In this document: positions 9,448 to 16,972 of the stretch, piece by piece
Position numbering within the stretch: position 1 is the stretch's first letter
How the letters are laid out: each line of letters starts with the position of its first letter
Assembly: GCA_022841445.1 (NCBI GenBank)
Contig: JALHRM010000001.1
Location: 323,777 to 387,776, forward strand
Direction of reading: 5' to 3'
Length of the DNA stretch: 64,000 nt
Source of the DNA: Candidatus Saccharimonadota bacterium
Lineage (GTDB): Bacteria > Patescibacteriota > Saccharimonadia > Saccharimonadales > UBA10212
Program-made: the position numbers and the translations under genes
Notes under the pieces: model-generated
Seen by the model: only the letters and a program-made list of their open reading frames with translations
Database searches by the model: none
Told to the model about the DNA's origin: nothing

Positions 9448-10584
9448 ATGGTAATGCGCGAACCAACTGGATTTCATCCTGAAGTGGCAAGTCGGCAGAG
9501 TGATGCCGAGCTACGCGCTGCTGCCTACTTGGACAGAACAAGCGCAGCATTGCTTAGGGCACTATACCCCGGAGTTGATCCCATCGAACGTGCAATAGAA
9601 GTATTTCCTCATCCTGGTGAAAGACGTTCAGATCCGGCTACAACACGCCAATATAGCCCACAGGAAAGCATAGATTTGCGAGAGGCCGCACTGCAGCTTG
9701 GTCCACACCGGCCGACGAATGAAACTGTTGAAATGTTGGGCGTTGGCGTAGTTGATGCGCATATTATCGAATCCGGTCAGTTACACAAGGTTGCAGCCGA
9801 AATGGTTCTTGCGGTTGATCCCAATAATCCAGCTCCAATTATCGCAATTGCATCTGACAGACCCATACCGGTGTTGCGCAAAAAGAAAAATCCTGAAGAT
9901 CCTGAAATCCCTAAAGATTCGGATCATGCCGATCCTGAATTACTGTCCACATTCCGACTATTAGCGGTAGGTGGCAGGGATGTAGGTAATCCGGCATTTT
10001 ATAGACGTTGCGGTGCCTACGATGCGGTTGAAAAGCCGACAATTGATGATCTTAGAATGGTGCCAGGTACAGAGTACGAAGCGACCAAGCAGTTCATGCA
10101 AAGCATGACCGGGTTTGCAACGCAGGAAGTATTGCCTATCGGCTATGACCCAGATACAGGTCAACTCATAGAATCAGAAACGGGACAGTTAACGTACCTA
10201 GGTCATTATCAAGGCTCACCTTTCTATATACTTCGCAAGGATCCAACTCGAGAAGGTAAAAATATGGATACCGCTTCGACCATGGCTTTAGCCTGCGAAA
10301 TTACTTCAACTTTGCTTAATAGGCAGCTAGAAACAGTGGCGTATCATACCAGTGCCACTTATAAACCATCTCGCGCCGCTGATGCCTTAAAATGTGCACT
10401 TGCTGCCGAACAAGAAGGTCGATTCGAACCACGAATAGTCGTACCGAACTATGGCACTAGGCAACTCGCCGATATAAAAGGTGATCCGTATTATGAACCT
10501 ACAATCGGGCAGGTAGTTGCGGAGCTACGCAAAGCTGCAGAGACAGCCAAGCAGATACGACAGCTCCTTGCTTCTGCCGGTTGA
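9448..10584 (+). CDS. hypothetical cytosolic protein (orphan, 378 aa)
   Basis: Long uninterrupted ORF behind a good promoter. No TM, signal peptide or known motif recognised. Confidence 0.5.
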   Translation: MVMREPTGFHPEVASRQSDAELRAAAYLDRTSAALLRALYPGVDPIERAIEVFPHPGERRSDPATTRQYSPQESIDLREAALQLGPHRPTNETVEMLGVGVVDAHIIESGQLHKVAAEMVLAVDPNNPAPIIAIASDRPIPVLRKKKNPEDPEIPKDSDHADPELLSTFRLLAVGGRDVGNPAFYRRCGAYDAVEKPTIDDLRMVPGTEYEATKQFMQSMTGFATQEVLPIGYDPDTGQLIESETGQLTYLGHYQGSPFYILRKDPTREGKNMDTASTMALACEITSTLLNRQLETVAYHTSATYKPSRAADALKCALAAEQEGRFEPRIVVPNYGTRQLADIKGDPYYEPTIGQVVAELRKAAETAKQIRQLLASAG

Positions 10585-10608
10585 CAGTTGATTCGTATGT
10601 TGTAGAAT
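10581..10608 (+). promoter_or_regulatory. near-consensus sigma-70 promoter
   Basis: TTGACA (10581-10586, overlapping the TGA stop of the upstream ORF), 16-nt spacer, TAGAAT (10603-10608). Confidence 0.6.
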
Positions 10609-10614
10609 CATAGA

Positions 10615-10742
10615 CAATGAGTTTTAACGCACACAACTTAAGTCTCCTCAATATCCTTCTACCCGAGGCTGTGTTGCGCCGTTCATAAAATTTATCTAAG
10701 TCGAAGCCAACACAGCCGATCACAAAGCAGATCGGCTTTTTA
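10615..10742 (+). promoter_or_regulatory. candidate structured leader RNA / small RNA (about 128 nt)
   Basis: A 10-bp stem GGCTGTGTTG (10667-10676) / CAACACAGCC (10708-10717) has a 3' arm that overlaps the 5' arm of the terminator hairpin by 4 nt. This geometry is antiterminator-like. Confidence 0.45.
10714..10742 (+). terminator. intrinsic terminator
   Basis: AGCCGATC (10714-10721), loop ACAAAGCA, GATCGGCT (10730-10737), followed by TTTTTAATTTT. Confidence 0.7.
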
Positions 10743-10761
10743 ATTTTAAGAAAGATATTAT

Positions 10762-10962
10762 ATGACAAGTGCTGATAATCAAAACACAGAATTACCAAAA
10801 GCGCCTGAAGTAGGCGAAGGCGAATTCATAGGGAGAAGCGTACCTTTTGCCGGTGATGTAGAAGTGGCGAAGGGGGTATATCGTCCGGATCCGCCAGAGC
10901 GAGGCGCTGCCTACGATTTGTTTGTGAGTGTAGTAACCGCCACGGCACTGCAGGATTCTTGA
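10762..10962 (+). CDS. small hypothetical protein (66 aa)
   Basis: ORF starts 20 nt after the terminator T-tract. No recognisable motif or strong RBS. Confidence 0.3.
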   Translation: MTSADNQNTELPKAPEVGEGEFIGRSVPFAGDVEVAKGVYRPDPPERGAAYDLFVSVVTATALQDS

Positions 10963-11051
10963 GCAGACTTACGTTAATAAGCTGTTGTTCCAACCCTTAC
11001 TTCGTTCGCCCATTACAGCATGTGAGGCTTCTCAAGGAGCTACTGAAATTA

Positions 11052-11080
11052 TTGAAAAATATCTAAGAATATATTATAAT
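11052..11080 (+). promoter_or_regulatory. near-consensus sigma-70 promoter, near-leaderless geometry
   Basis: TTGAAA (11052-11057), 17-nt spacer, TATAAT (11075-11080). The ATG at 11090 is only 9 nt after the -10. Confidence 0.6.
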
Positions 11081-11089
11081 AATTATTAT

Positions 11090-11842
11090 ATGGCTGAAAC
11101 CTTAGCTAAAGGTGAGACACTTTTCCAGCAGGTGCGTGAGATTTCACGTGATCAGGTCGGTGATTATCTGGCACCACAGAATTACGAAGAACCCACCGAC
11201 ATACATGGCATCAGGTATCTTGGAGGCGGCTTCAAAATTGAGCGCATACTTCGACAGCCGACGTTGGCGTACGTGCCTCCTGGTTTACTAGTTGAAACTG
11301 AACCACTACGGTTAGTGCAGTTTGGAGGAGAGGTCTCTGGCTCTACTTCACGACTTGTACATGAGTCATCAATTGCCGTGCAAATGCGTGAAAGGATGAA
11401 CGCCTATCCACGCCGACAGGTACCGCCTTGGCAGCCAGATCGCGCAGAGAAGCTCGACCCCAGAATTATGGCCGATCTACCTCTTGCCAGTGTTCGTACA
11501 ATGATTATTGATAAGACAACAAATCCAATAGAGCAAGATCAGGCTAATCTGGGAATTTTTCGACTAGCCGATCGCGCACTTGTTGACGAGGGCACGCTTG
11601 TTATTGTCAGTGGTTCGCTGCAGGATGCGAAGGTGCTGCAAAAACTCGGTTTTACTATAAAAGCCCTGCAGGCTCCTCCCGAGAAAAAATGGGACACAAT
11701 TATTTCGCCAGATGAGTCGGGTTGGGAAATAGTTGCCAAAAAAATTAGTCCGAAATATCGTGGTGATTTTAATGCTGGCGAAGGTGCAGTTAACATAGTG
11801 GATTTACTTACCGACCTTGCTATTTTCTTCCCGTACTGGTAG
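11090..11842 (+). CDS. hypothetical cytosolic protein (orphan, 250 aa)
   Basis: ATG 11090 (MAETLAKGETLF...) sits directly behind the consensus promoter. The track start TTG 10985 is unlikely. No family recognised. Confidence 0.5.
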   Translation: MAETLAKGETLFQQVREISRDQVGDYLAPQNYEEPTDIHGIRYLGGGFKIERILRQPTLAYVPPGLLVETEPLRLVQFGGEVSGSTSRLVHESSIAVQMRERMNAYPRRQVPPWQPDRAEKLDPRIMADLPLASVRTMIIDKTTNPIEQDQANLGIFRLADRALVDEGTLVIVSGSLQDAKVLQKLGFTIKALQAPPEKKWDTIISPDESGWEIVAKKISPKYRGDFNAGEGAVNIVDLLTDLAIFFPYW

Positions 11843-12087
11843 ATGGCAGGAGGCGCTTAGCGGTTGTTCGTCACCTACCTTCCATGCTACTCTGGAAGTC
11901 GAGCACGCTTTTCACATTTGAACTAGTTTCGGTGCAATCGGAAGCACTTAAGCGAGTCGTACATATTGTACGGTGAAGTGAGTACTGGACGTATTAAGCC
12001 GAAAATAGACAAGAAGCCAGAGGAGTCTGAGGCTCCGCATCAGAGCAGTTTGGCTGGTGTGAAATGTGTGAAATAACGGAGATAAAT

Positions 12088-12801
12088 ATGGCTGCATATA
12101 AGCGTGTGTTACTCAAAATATCAGGAGAGCAACTATCGGGCGATCAAGGATACGGACTTGACCCCCAGTTCATGGCTTGGCTGGCTGACGAGATTAGCAT
12201 TATTGTTAAAAAAGGCGTCACAGTTGCAGCAGTTGTTGGCGGTGGTAACTTTGTACGAGGTGCTGAAGTAAATTGGCCTGGTATTCACCGCGTTACGGCT
12301 GATCAGATGGGCATGCTTGGCGGTGTAATGAATTCCATGGCGGTGACTGATGTTTTCGAATCACGTGGGCTAAAAACACGTTGTTTAACCAATATTTTTG
12401 CCGACCAAGTTGCCGAATCATACTCCTATCGCCGAGCTATGAAACATCTCGAAAAGGGTCGAGTGGTCGTTATCGGTGGGAGTATCGGCCGACCCTACTT
12501 TACCTCCGATACGGGAGCTGTCAACCTAGCACTTGAGCTACAATGCGAAGTTGTTTTAAAAGCTACTAACGTTGACGGCATATATGACAAAGATCCCAAC
12601 AAACATGACGATGCCAAAAAATATGACAATCTTACCCACCAGCAAGCAATTGAAAACCCGGATGTAAAAGTTATGGACAAAGCTGCACTTGGCCTCGCAC
12701 TAGAGCAGGGAATGAAAGTCGTTGTCTACGATATTAATCAGCCCGAAAGTCTAGCCAAAATCGTCGATGGTCAATCTATCGGTACGCTCGTCACTGCGTA
12801 A
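12088..12801 (+). CDS. pyrH: UMP kinase
   Basis: RBS GGAG then ATG 12088. YKRVLLKISGEQL, VVGGGNFVRG, GSIGRPYFTSDTGA, ATNVDGIYDKDP. Confidence 0.9.
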   Translation: MAAYKRVLLKISGEQLSGDQGYGLDPQFMAWLADEISIIVKKGVTVAAVVGGGNFVRGAEVNWPGIHRVTADQMGMLGGVMNSMAVTDVFESRGLKTRCLTNIFADQVAESYSYRRAMKHLEKGRVVVIGGSIGRPYFTSDTGAVNLALELQCEVVLKATNVDGIYDKDPNKHDDAKKYDNLTHQQAIENPDVKVMDKAALGLALEQGMKVVVYDINQPESLAKIVDGQSIGTLVTA

Positions 12802-12841
12802 GTGGAATACTGTTAACTCAGCTGCAAGGTATACTGAAACA

Positions 12842-13951
12842 ATGGCAAAAACGTCTCTGAAGACAGATGCTAAACGCTCATTTTTGAAGCAGCTTGATGA
12901 TCAACAAAAACTAATAAACGCTGATATTTTAGCGTATTGTTCGGCGTTCAATAAAGACATTGGCAGGCGGTACGGTGACTATTCGGCAGAGGCTGCAGCG
13001 GCGTTCACCGGGTTGCTCGGCAGGGGTGGGAAGCGCATCCGTGGCAGTCTTGTAATGAGTAGCTACAAAATGTTCGGCGGCACCAACGAATCAATGATTC
13101 TTCAGGCTGCCCGTGCTGTCGAGATGTTGCATGCCTATATTTTAATGATCGATGACATCAACGATCGCTCCGTGATGCGACGTGGTGCACCGGCTGCTCA
13201 TATCGCCCTGAAGGAATTTCACGAACGCCACCATCTTAAGGACGGATCACAGCATTTTGGCGAAGCGATTGCCATGAATGCGGCGCTTCTTGGAGCGCAT
13301 CAGGCACAGATTATTATGTCGCAGCTCGACGTCGAGCCCGAAAAGCGCCTCGCAGCACTCACCAACCTGAATAGTTGCTTATCTGTTACGGTGCATGGTC
13401 AATTCAATGACTTATTTAACGAAGTCGTCGAAACGGTAGACCGCGGTGCGGTAGAAAATGTACTGCTATGGAAAACGGCCTACTATACCTTTATGAATCC
13501 TTTGCAGCTTGGGGCGATATTAGCCGGCGCGAATGGCAATACGCTCGAACTTATCCGCGACTATTCATTACATGCAGGTAGGGTGTTTCAAATCACTGAT
13601 GATATCCTTGGCATTTTTGGCGAACAGTTCGAAAGTGGCAAAAGCCCATTGGATGATCTAAGGGAAGGCAAACGCACCCTTTTGACAATTTACGCACTTG
13701 ATAATGCACCGAAGCCCGATGCCTATTTCCTGGAAACAATGATGGGTAACCGCAAATTGACCATGGCTGAGTTCAATCGCTGCCGTGAAATTATTGCATC
13801 GAGCGGAGCGTTGCAGTTTGCTCGAGACGAGGCCAAAACATCCGCAGACAAAGCCCGTGCTGTGCTCAAAAACAGTGCTCAGTCCTGGGAGGGGCAAGGA
13901 GTCGCATTCCTGGATGGTCTAGTGCAGTTTTTAGTCGACCGCCGCCGCTAG
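12842..13951 (+). CDS. polyprenyl diphosphate synthase (trans-IPPS family)
   Basis: First Asp-rich motif LMIDDINDRSVMRRG and second motif FQITDDILG...GK. ATG 12842 is preferred to the overlapping track start. Confidence 0.85.
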   Translation: MAKTSLKTDAKRSFLKQLDDQQKLINADILAYCSAFNKDIGRRYGDYSAEAAAAFTGLLGRGGKRIRGSLVMSSYKMFGGTNESMILQAARAVEMLHAYILMIDDINDRSVMRRGAPAAHIALKEFHERHHLKDGSQHFGEAIAMNAALLGAHQAQIIMSQLDVEPEKRLAALTNLNSCLSVTVHGQFNDLFNEVVETVDRGAVENVLLWKTAYYTFMNPLQLGAILAGANGNTLELIRDYSLHAGRVFQITDDILGIFGEQFESGKSPLDDLREGKRTLLTIYALDNAPKPDAYFLETMMGNRKLTMAEFNRCREIIASSGALQFARDEAKTSADKARAVLKNSAQSWEGQGVAFLDGLVQFLVDRRR

Positions 13952-14168
13952 CTAAGAATGAGGTTTGATTTACCGTAGATTTGGAACTAGTAGTGTCTCG
14001 AGCACTCCGCATAGTATGTAGCCCTTCTGACCTGCACCTTGTGGCGGGGTGGGCGTAATTACCTATCCACAAATGGCGCAGTACTATAATTTGAGGCTAT
14101 ATCTTATGCTATATAATATGAGTTGATGCCATAAGCGTGGTGAAAGTAACTGAGCGTAAGGAGTGACT

Positions 14169-14825
14169 ATGTCAGTATTAGAAAGTAGGGATATGAATGG
14201 ATCAGTTAGCGTTATTATCCTAGCAATTGTTGCACTCGTTATCGGTGCAGGTGGTGGGTATGTGTTTGGTATGAACCAAAGCACTACCGACACAGATAGC
14301 GACGCTACAACTACATCACAAACAGCTCCTGCTGACAGCAGTGACTCAGCCGATGGTGTAACCGTTGGTGGCGCTAAAATGGTTCGCACACTCGACATAG
14401 TCGACAACGCTGCGAAAGCAAAGAACTTAGCCACTGTTACAAGTCTTGTTAAGCTAGCTGACCTCGTTGACACCCTAAAGGGCGATGGCCCATTCACCGT
14501 GTTTGGTCCAAACAACGCAGCATTTGAAAAACTACCAGCTGAAACAGTTGCTTCACTGCAAAAGCCGGAGAACAAAGAACTTCTCACAACCATCTTGACT
14601 TACCACGTCGTGCCCGGCACCTATACTAGTGCAGACTTGAAAGTCATGGCTGACAAGGGTGAAACCCTAAAGACTGTCCAGGGTACCGAGCTGACTCCAG
14701 TACTGGAAGGCGGCATGGTAAAACTCAAAGACGCCAAGGGTACTGTTGTTAGTATCGAAACTGCCGATGTTATTTCGAGCAACGGTGTCACTCACGTTAT
14801 TGACACTGTCTTGATGCCTCAATAG
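14169..14825 (+). CDS. membrane-anchored fasciclin (FAS1) domain protein
   Basis: RBS AAGGAG then ATG 14169. N-terminal TM and Thr/Ser/Asp-rich linker, then GPFTVFGPNNAAFEKLP, LTYHVVPG and GVTHVIDTVLMP. Confidence 0.8.
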   Translation: MSVLESRDMNGSVSVIILAIVALVIGAGGGYVFGMNQSTTDTDSDATTTSQTAPADSSDSADGVTVGGAKMVRTLDIVDNAAKAKNLATVTSLVKLADLVDTLKGDGPFTVFGPNNAAFEKLPAETVASLQKPENKELLTTILTYHVVPGTYTSADLKVMADKGETLKTVQGTELTPVLEGGMVKLKDAKGTVVSIETADVISSNGVTHVIDTVLMPQ

Positions 14826-14841
14826 TGGGTGCATAATAGGA

Positions 14842-14884
14842 AATAGTACGCCTCTAATAACTCGAGTACTATTGCAGGGTTTTA
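14842..14884 (+). terminator. possible weak terminator hairpin
   Basis: AATAGTAC (14842-14849) / GTACTATT (14866-14873) with a 16-nt loop. A TTTT run follows only after 7 nt. Confidence 0.3.
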
Positions 14885-14924
14885 TACTTACAGTCCCCCG
14901 GGACATTAATCAAGGAGCAAAATC

Positions 14925-15173
14925 ATGAGCATAACAATTTATTCGACGACCACCTGTTCTTCGTGTCACGTTTTGACGGAGTGGCTTGATAAGCAGGGCA
15001 TCGCTTACGAAAAAAAGATAACTGACACTGATCCGGCATTGATGATGGAATTTATGAGCGTTAATGATGGCATGATCGGCGTGCCATTTACTGTGATTAA
15101 AAAAGACGATGGCAGCGAGGTCAAAATCAGTGGCTATGACCAAGGCAAATTCAAAGAAGCCTTAAGTCTTTAA
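14925..15173 (+). CDS. glutaredoxin/NrdH-like small redox protein
   Basis: 82 aa with an N-terminal beta-strand followed by CSSC (IYSTTTCSSCHVLTEWL) and the thioredoxin-fold GVPFTVI motif. Confidence 0.75.
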   Translation: MSITIYSTTTCSSCHVLTEWLDKQGIAYEKKITDTDPALMMEFMSVNDGMIGVPFTVIKKDDGSEVKISGYDQGKFKEALSL

Positions 15174-15195
15174 TCTAGTATAATTTCCTGGGTAT

Positions 15196-15588
15196 ATGCC
15201 TACGATCAAAAACGATAATAAAGTAAAGCGACTTATTGCATATTCATCAGCGCCCGTAATTATTGCTTCTTTATGTTGTCTTTCGCCAGTAATTTTGGTA
15301 CTTTTGGGAATTTCTACAGTAGGTTTTGCAGCTTCGCTTGCTGACCAGCTGTATGGAGAATGGAAGTGGTATTTTAGAGTAGCTGGGCTTATAGCATTAA
15401 TTGTGGCTATCGTTTTCTACTTGCGCCGTTCTAAGGGGGTTTGTACTTTCGGCCAATTCAAGCGCCGACGCAACGAGGTTATAAACATTGTAGCCATATT
15501 TCTAATAGTCGGTGTAGTTGGCTATATCCTGTTTTTGTACGTATTTGTGCATATTATCGGCGCCTTGCTGGGTCTATGGCCATTTTAG
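15196..15588 (+). CDS. 3-TM membrane protein with MerT/MerF-like vicinal Cys pair
   Basis: TM1 carries IIASLCCLSPVILVLLG (compare MerT ...ASACCLGPLVL...). There is a basic loop with one Cys (RRSKGVC) between TM2 and TM3. Confidence 0.4.
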   Translation: MPTIKNDNKVKRLIAYSSAPVIIASLCCLSPVILVLLGISTVGFAASLADQLYGEWKWYFRVAGLIALIVAIVFYLRRSKGVCTFGQFKRRRNEVINIVAIFLIVGVVGYILFLYVFVHIIGALLGLWPF

Positions 15589-15739
15589 TTACCAAGTCTC
15601 GAATTGCTATACTCTTCAAGTTCGCCCCGTGAAGTAATTTTTACACGCTGCTTTAAGATGTTTGGCGGTAATTATTCTTACAAGAATCTATACAGCTTAT
15701 GGTAATAATAGAAGTACCAATTAAGTGGAGGGGAGTCTT

Positions 15740-16312
15740 ATGCTTCAAAGCATACGTCAAATTAGCCCTGTGGCACGAGCAATTCTTGTCATAGGCGTAG
15801 TAGCAGCATTAGTAACGAGTATTACTTTTGCCGCGCTGCAAAGTCAGGCAACATTAACAAATAACAGCATTAGCAGCGCAACTGCTGAACTTCAGGTTGA
15901 TAACATAGATAATGGTGCCGGTTTTGGTGCTACTGATCTTGGTTATGACTTTGTGGGTATAGTGCCAGGCGGCGCTGGTTCTAACGTTGGCAATTTCCAG
16001 CTTAAGAACAATGGCAGTGCTCCTTTGTCAGTTTCAGTTGAAGTACCTGTAGACCCAGTATTTACTGTATTGCCTTCTGGTTCTGTCGACCCTGCTAAGG
16101 TTGATGTAGTGATCCAGCGAGGTGCTGGAACACCTCAAGTATTTGCATTAAGTGACTTACTTGCAGGTCCAGTAACCATTACTGGTGGCAACATTGCTGC
16201 TGGTGCAACCGAAAACTTTAACGTTCAAGTTCTGATGGATGCAGATGCATTCACCGGTACGAGTGCGTCTAGCGATGACTTTACATTCACGTTCACCGGA
16301 ACTGGCGTTTAG
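15740..16312 (+). CDS. TasA/camelysin-like secreted protein with SipW-type signal peptide (paralog 1)
   Basis: RBS GGAGGGGA then ATG 15740. Signal region ...VVAALVTSITFAALQSQATLTNNSISSATAELQV, a beta-rich body, and C-terminal DADAFTGTSASSDDFTFTFTGTGV. Confidence 0.7.
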   Translation: MLQSIRQISPVARAILVIGVVAALVTSITFAALQSQATLTNNSISSATAELQVDNIDNGAGFGATDLGYDFVGIVPGGAGSNVGNFQLKNNGSAPLSVSVEVPVDPVFTVLPSGSVDPAKVDVVIQRGAGTPQVFALSDLLAGPVTITGGNIAAGATENFNVQVLMDADAFTGTSASSDDFTFTFTGTGV

Positions 16313-16347
16313 TCAGCTAAATTTAGTAACTAGCTTAGGAATTTAAC

Positions 16348-16953
16348 ATGAAACAAGTCTTACGACTTAACCCGATGTTCCGAGCGGTGGGTGTGTTCAG
16401 CGCGGTAGCTGCGCTGGTAACCGGCATCACATTTGCCGCGCTTACCAGCCAGGCCTCGCTGGTCAACAACACAATTAGTAGTGCAACGGCCAGCTTGCAA
16501 GTAAAGTCGTCCGGTAGTTTTGCCACGCAGGACGCAGGATTTGTGTTTAGTGGCGTAACCCCTGGCGGTGGTGCAGTACCAGCGCTAGGCTATGCGTTCC
16601 AGCTACGCAACAACGGCACGGTAGACCTTAACATTGCAGCGTCGATCCCGACTGCTCCGATATTTACGGTTAGCCCAGGCCCTGGGGCAGTTGACCTTAC
16701 CAAGGTTGATCTAATCCTTAGCTGTACGGCAGGCAGCGAAACGTTTGCACTCACAACTGACCTAGCGGCGCTAGTCGCGGCTCATGGCACAGGAGGTGTT
16801 GTCATGGCGCCGGATGCATTGCCGTTTAGTGGCAGTAATACGGCCGATTGTACGGCCAAAGTTCAAATGGATAGTGACGCGTTTGCTGGTGGAAGCGCAA
16901 GCTCGACCAACTTCAACATCGTGTTTACCGGCACGAATGTTGTCGCGCCCTAA
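16348..16953 (+). CDS. TasA/camelysin-like secreted protein with SipW-type signal peptide (paralog 2)
   Basis: ...AVAALVTGITFAALTSQASLVNNTISSATASLQV and C-terminal DSDAFAGGSASSTNFNIVFTGTNV. Clearly paralogous to 15740..16312. Confidence 0.7.
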   Translation: MKQVLRLNPMFRAVGVFSAVAALVTGITFAALTSQASLVNNTISSATASLQVKSSGSFATQDAGFVFSGVTPGGGAVPALGYAFQLRNNGTVDLNIAASIPTAPIFTVSPGPGAVDLTKVDLILSCTAGSETFALTTDLAALVAAHGTGGVVMAPDALPFSGSNTADCTAKVQMDSDAFAGGSASSTNFNIVFTGTNVVAP

Positions 16954-16972
16954 CTCGTAATAAGGAGCGACA

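Noticed and set aside
13985-14040. Reverse-strand CAGGTCAGAAGGGC, reminiscent of the SRP RNA domain IV CAGGUCCGGAAGGAAGCAGC
   Set aside because: The GNRA tetraloop and flanking pairs do not form, and the conserved AGCA element is absent. The similarity is too weak to call an SRP RNA.
14063-14071. DnaA-box-like CTATCCACA, considered as an oriC marker
   Set aside because: It is a single imperfect box with no cluster, no adjacent AT-rich unwinding element pattern and no dnaA/dnaN nearby.
14084-14593. 169-aa minus-strand ORF overlapping the fasciclin gene. Similar long alternative-frame ORFs occur in rnj (35822-36391 minus, 36285-36830 plus, 35075-35542 minus)
   Set aside because: The overlapped genes have clear family motifs. 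The alternative ORFs have odd composition and no RBS or promoter, so they are frame artefacts of GC-moderate coding sequence.
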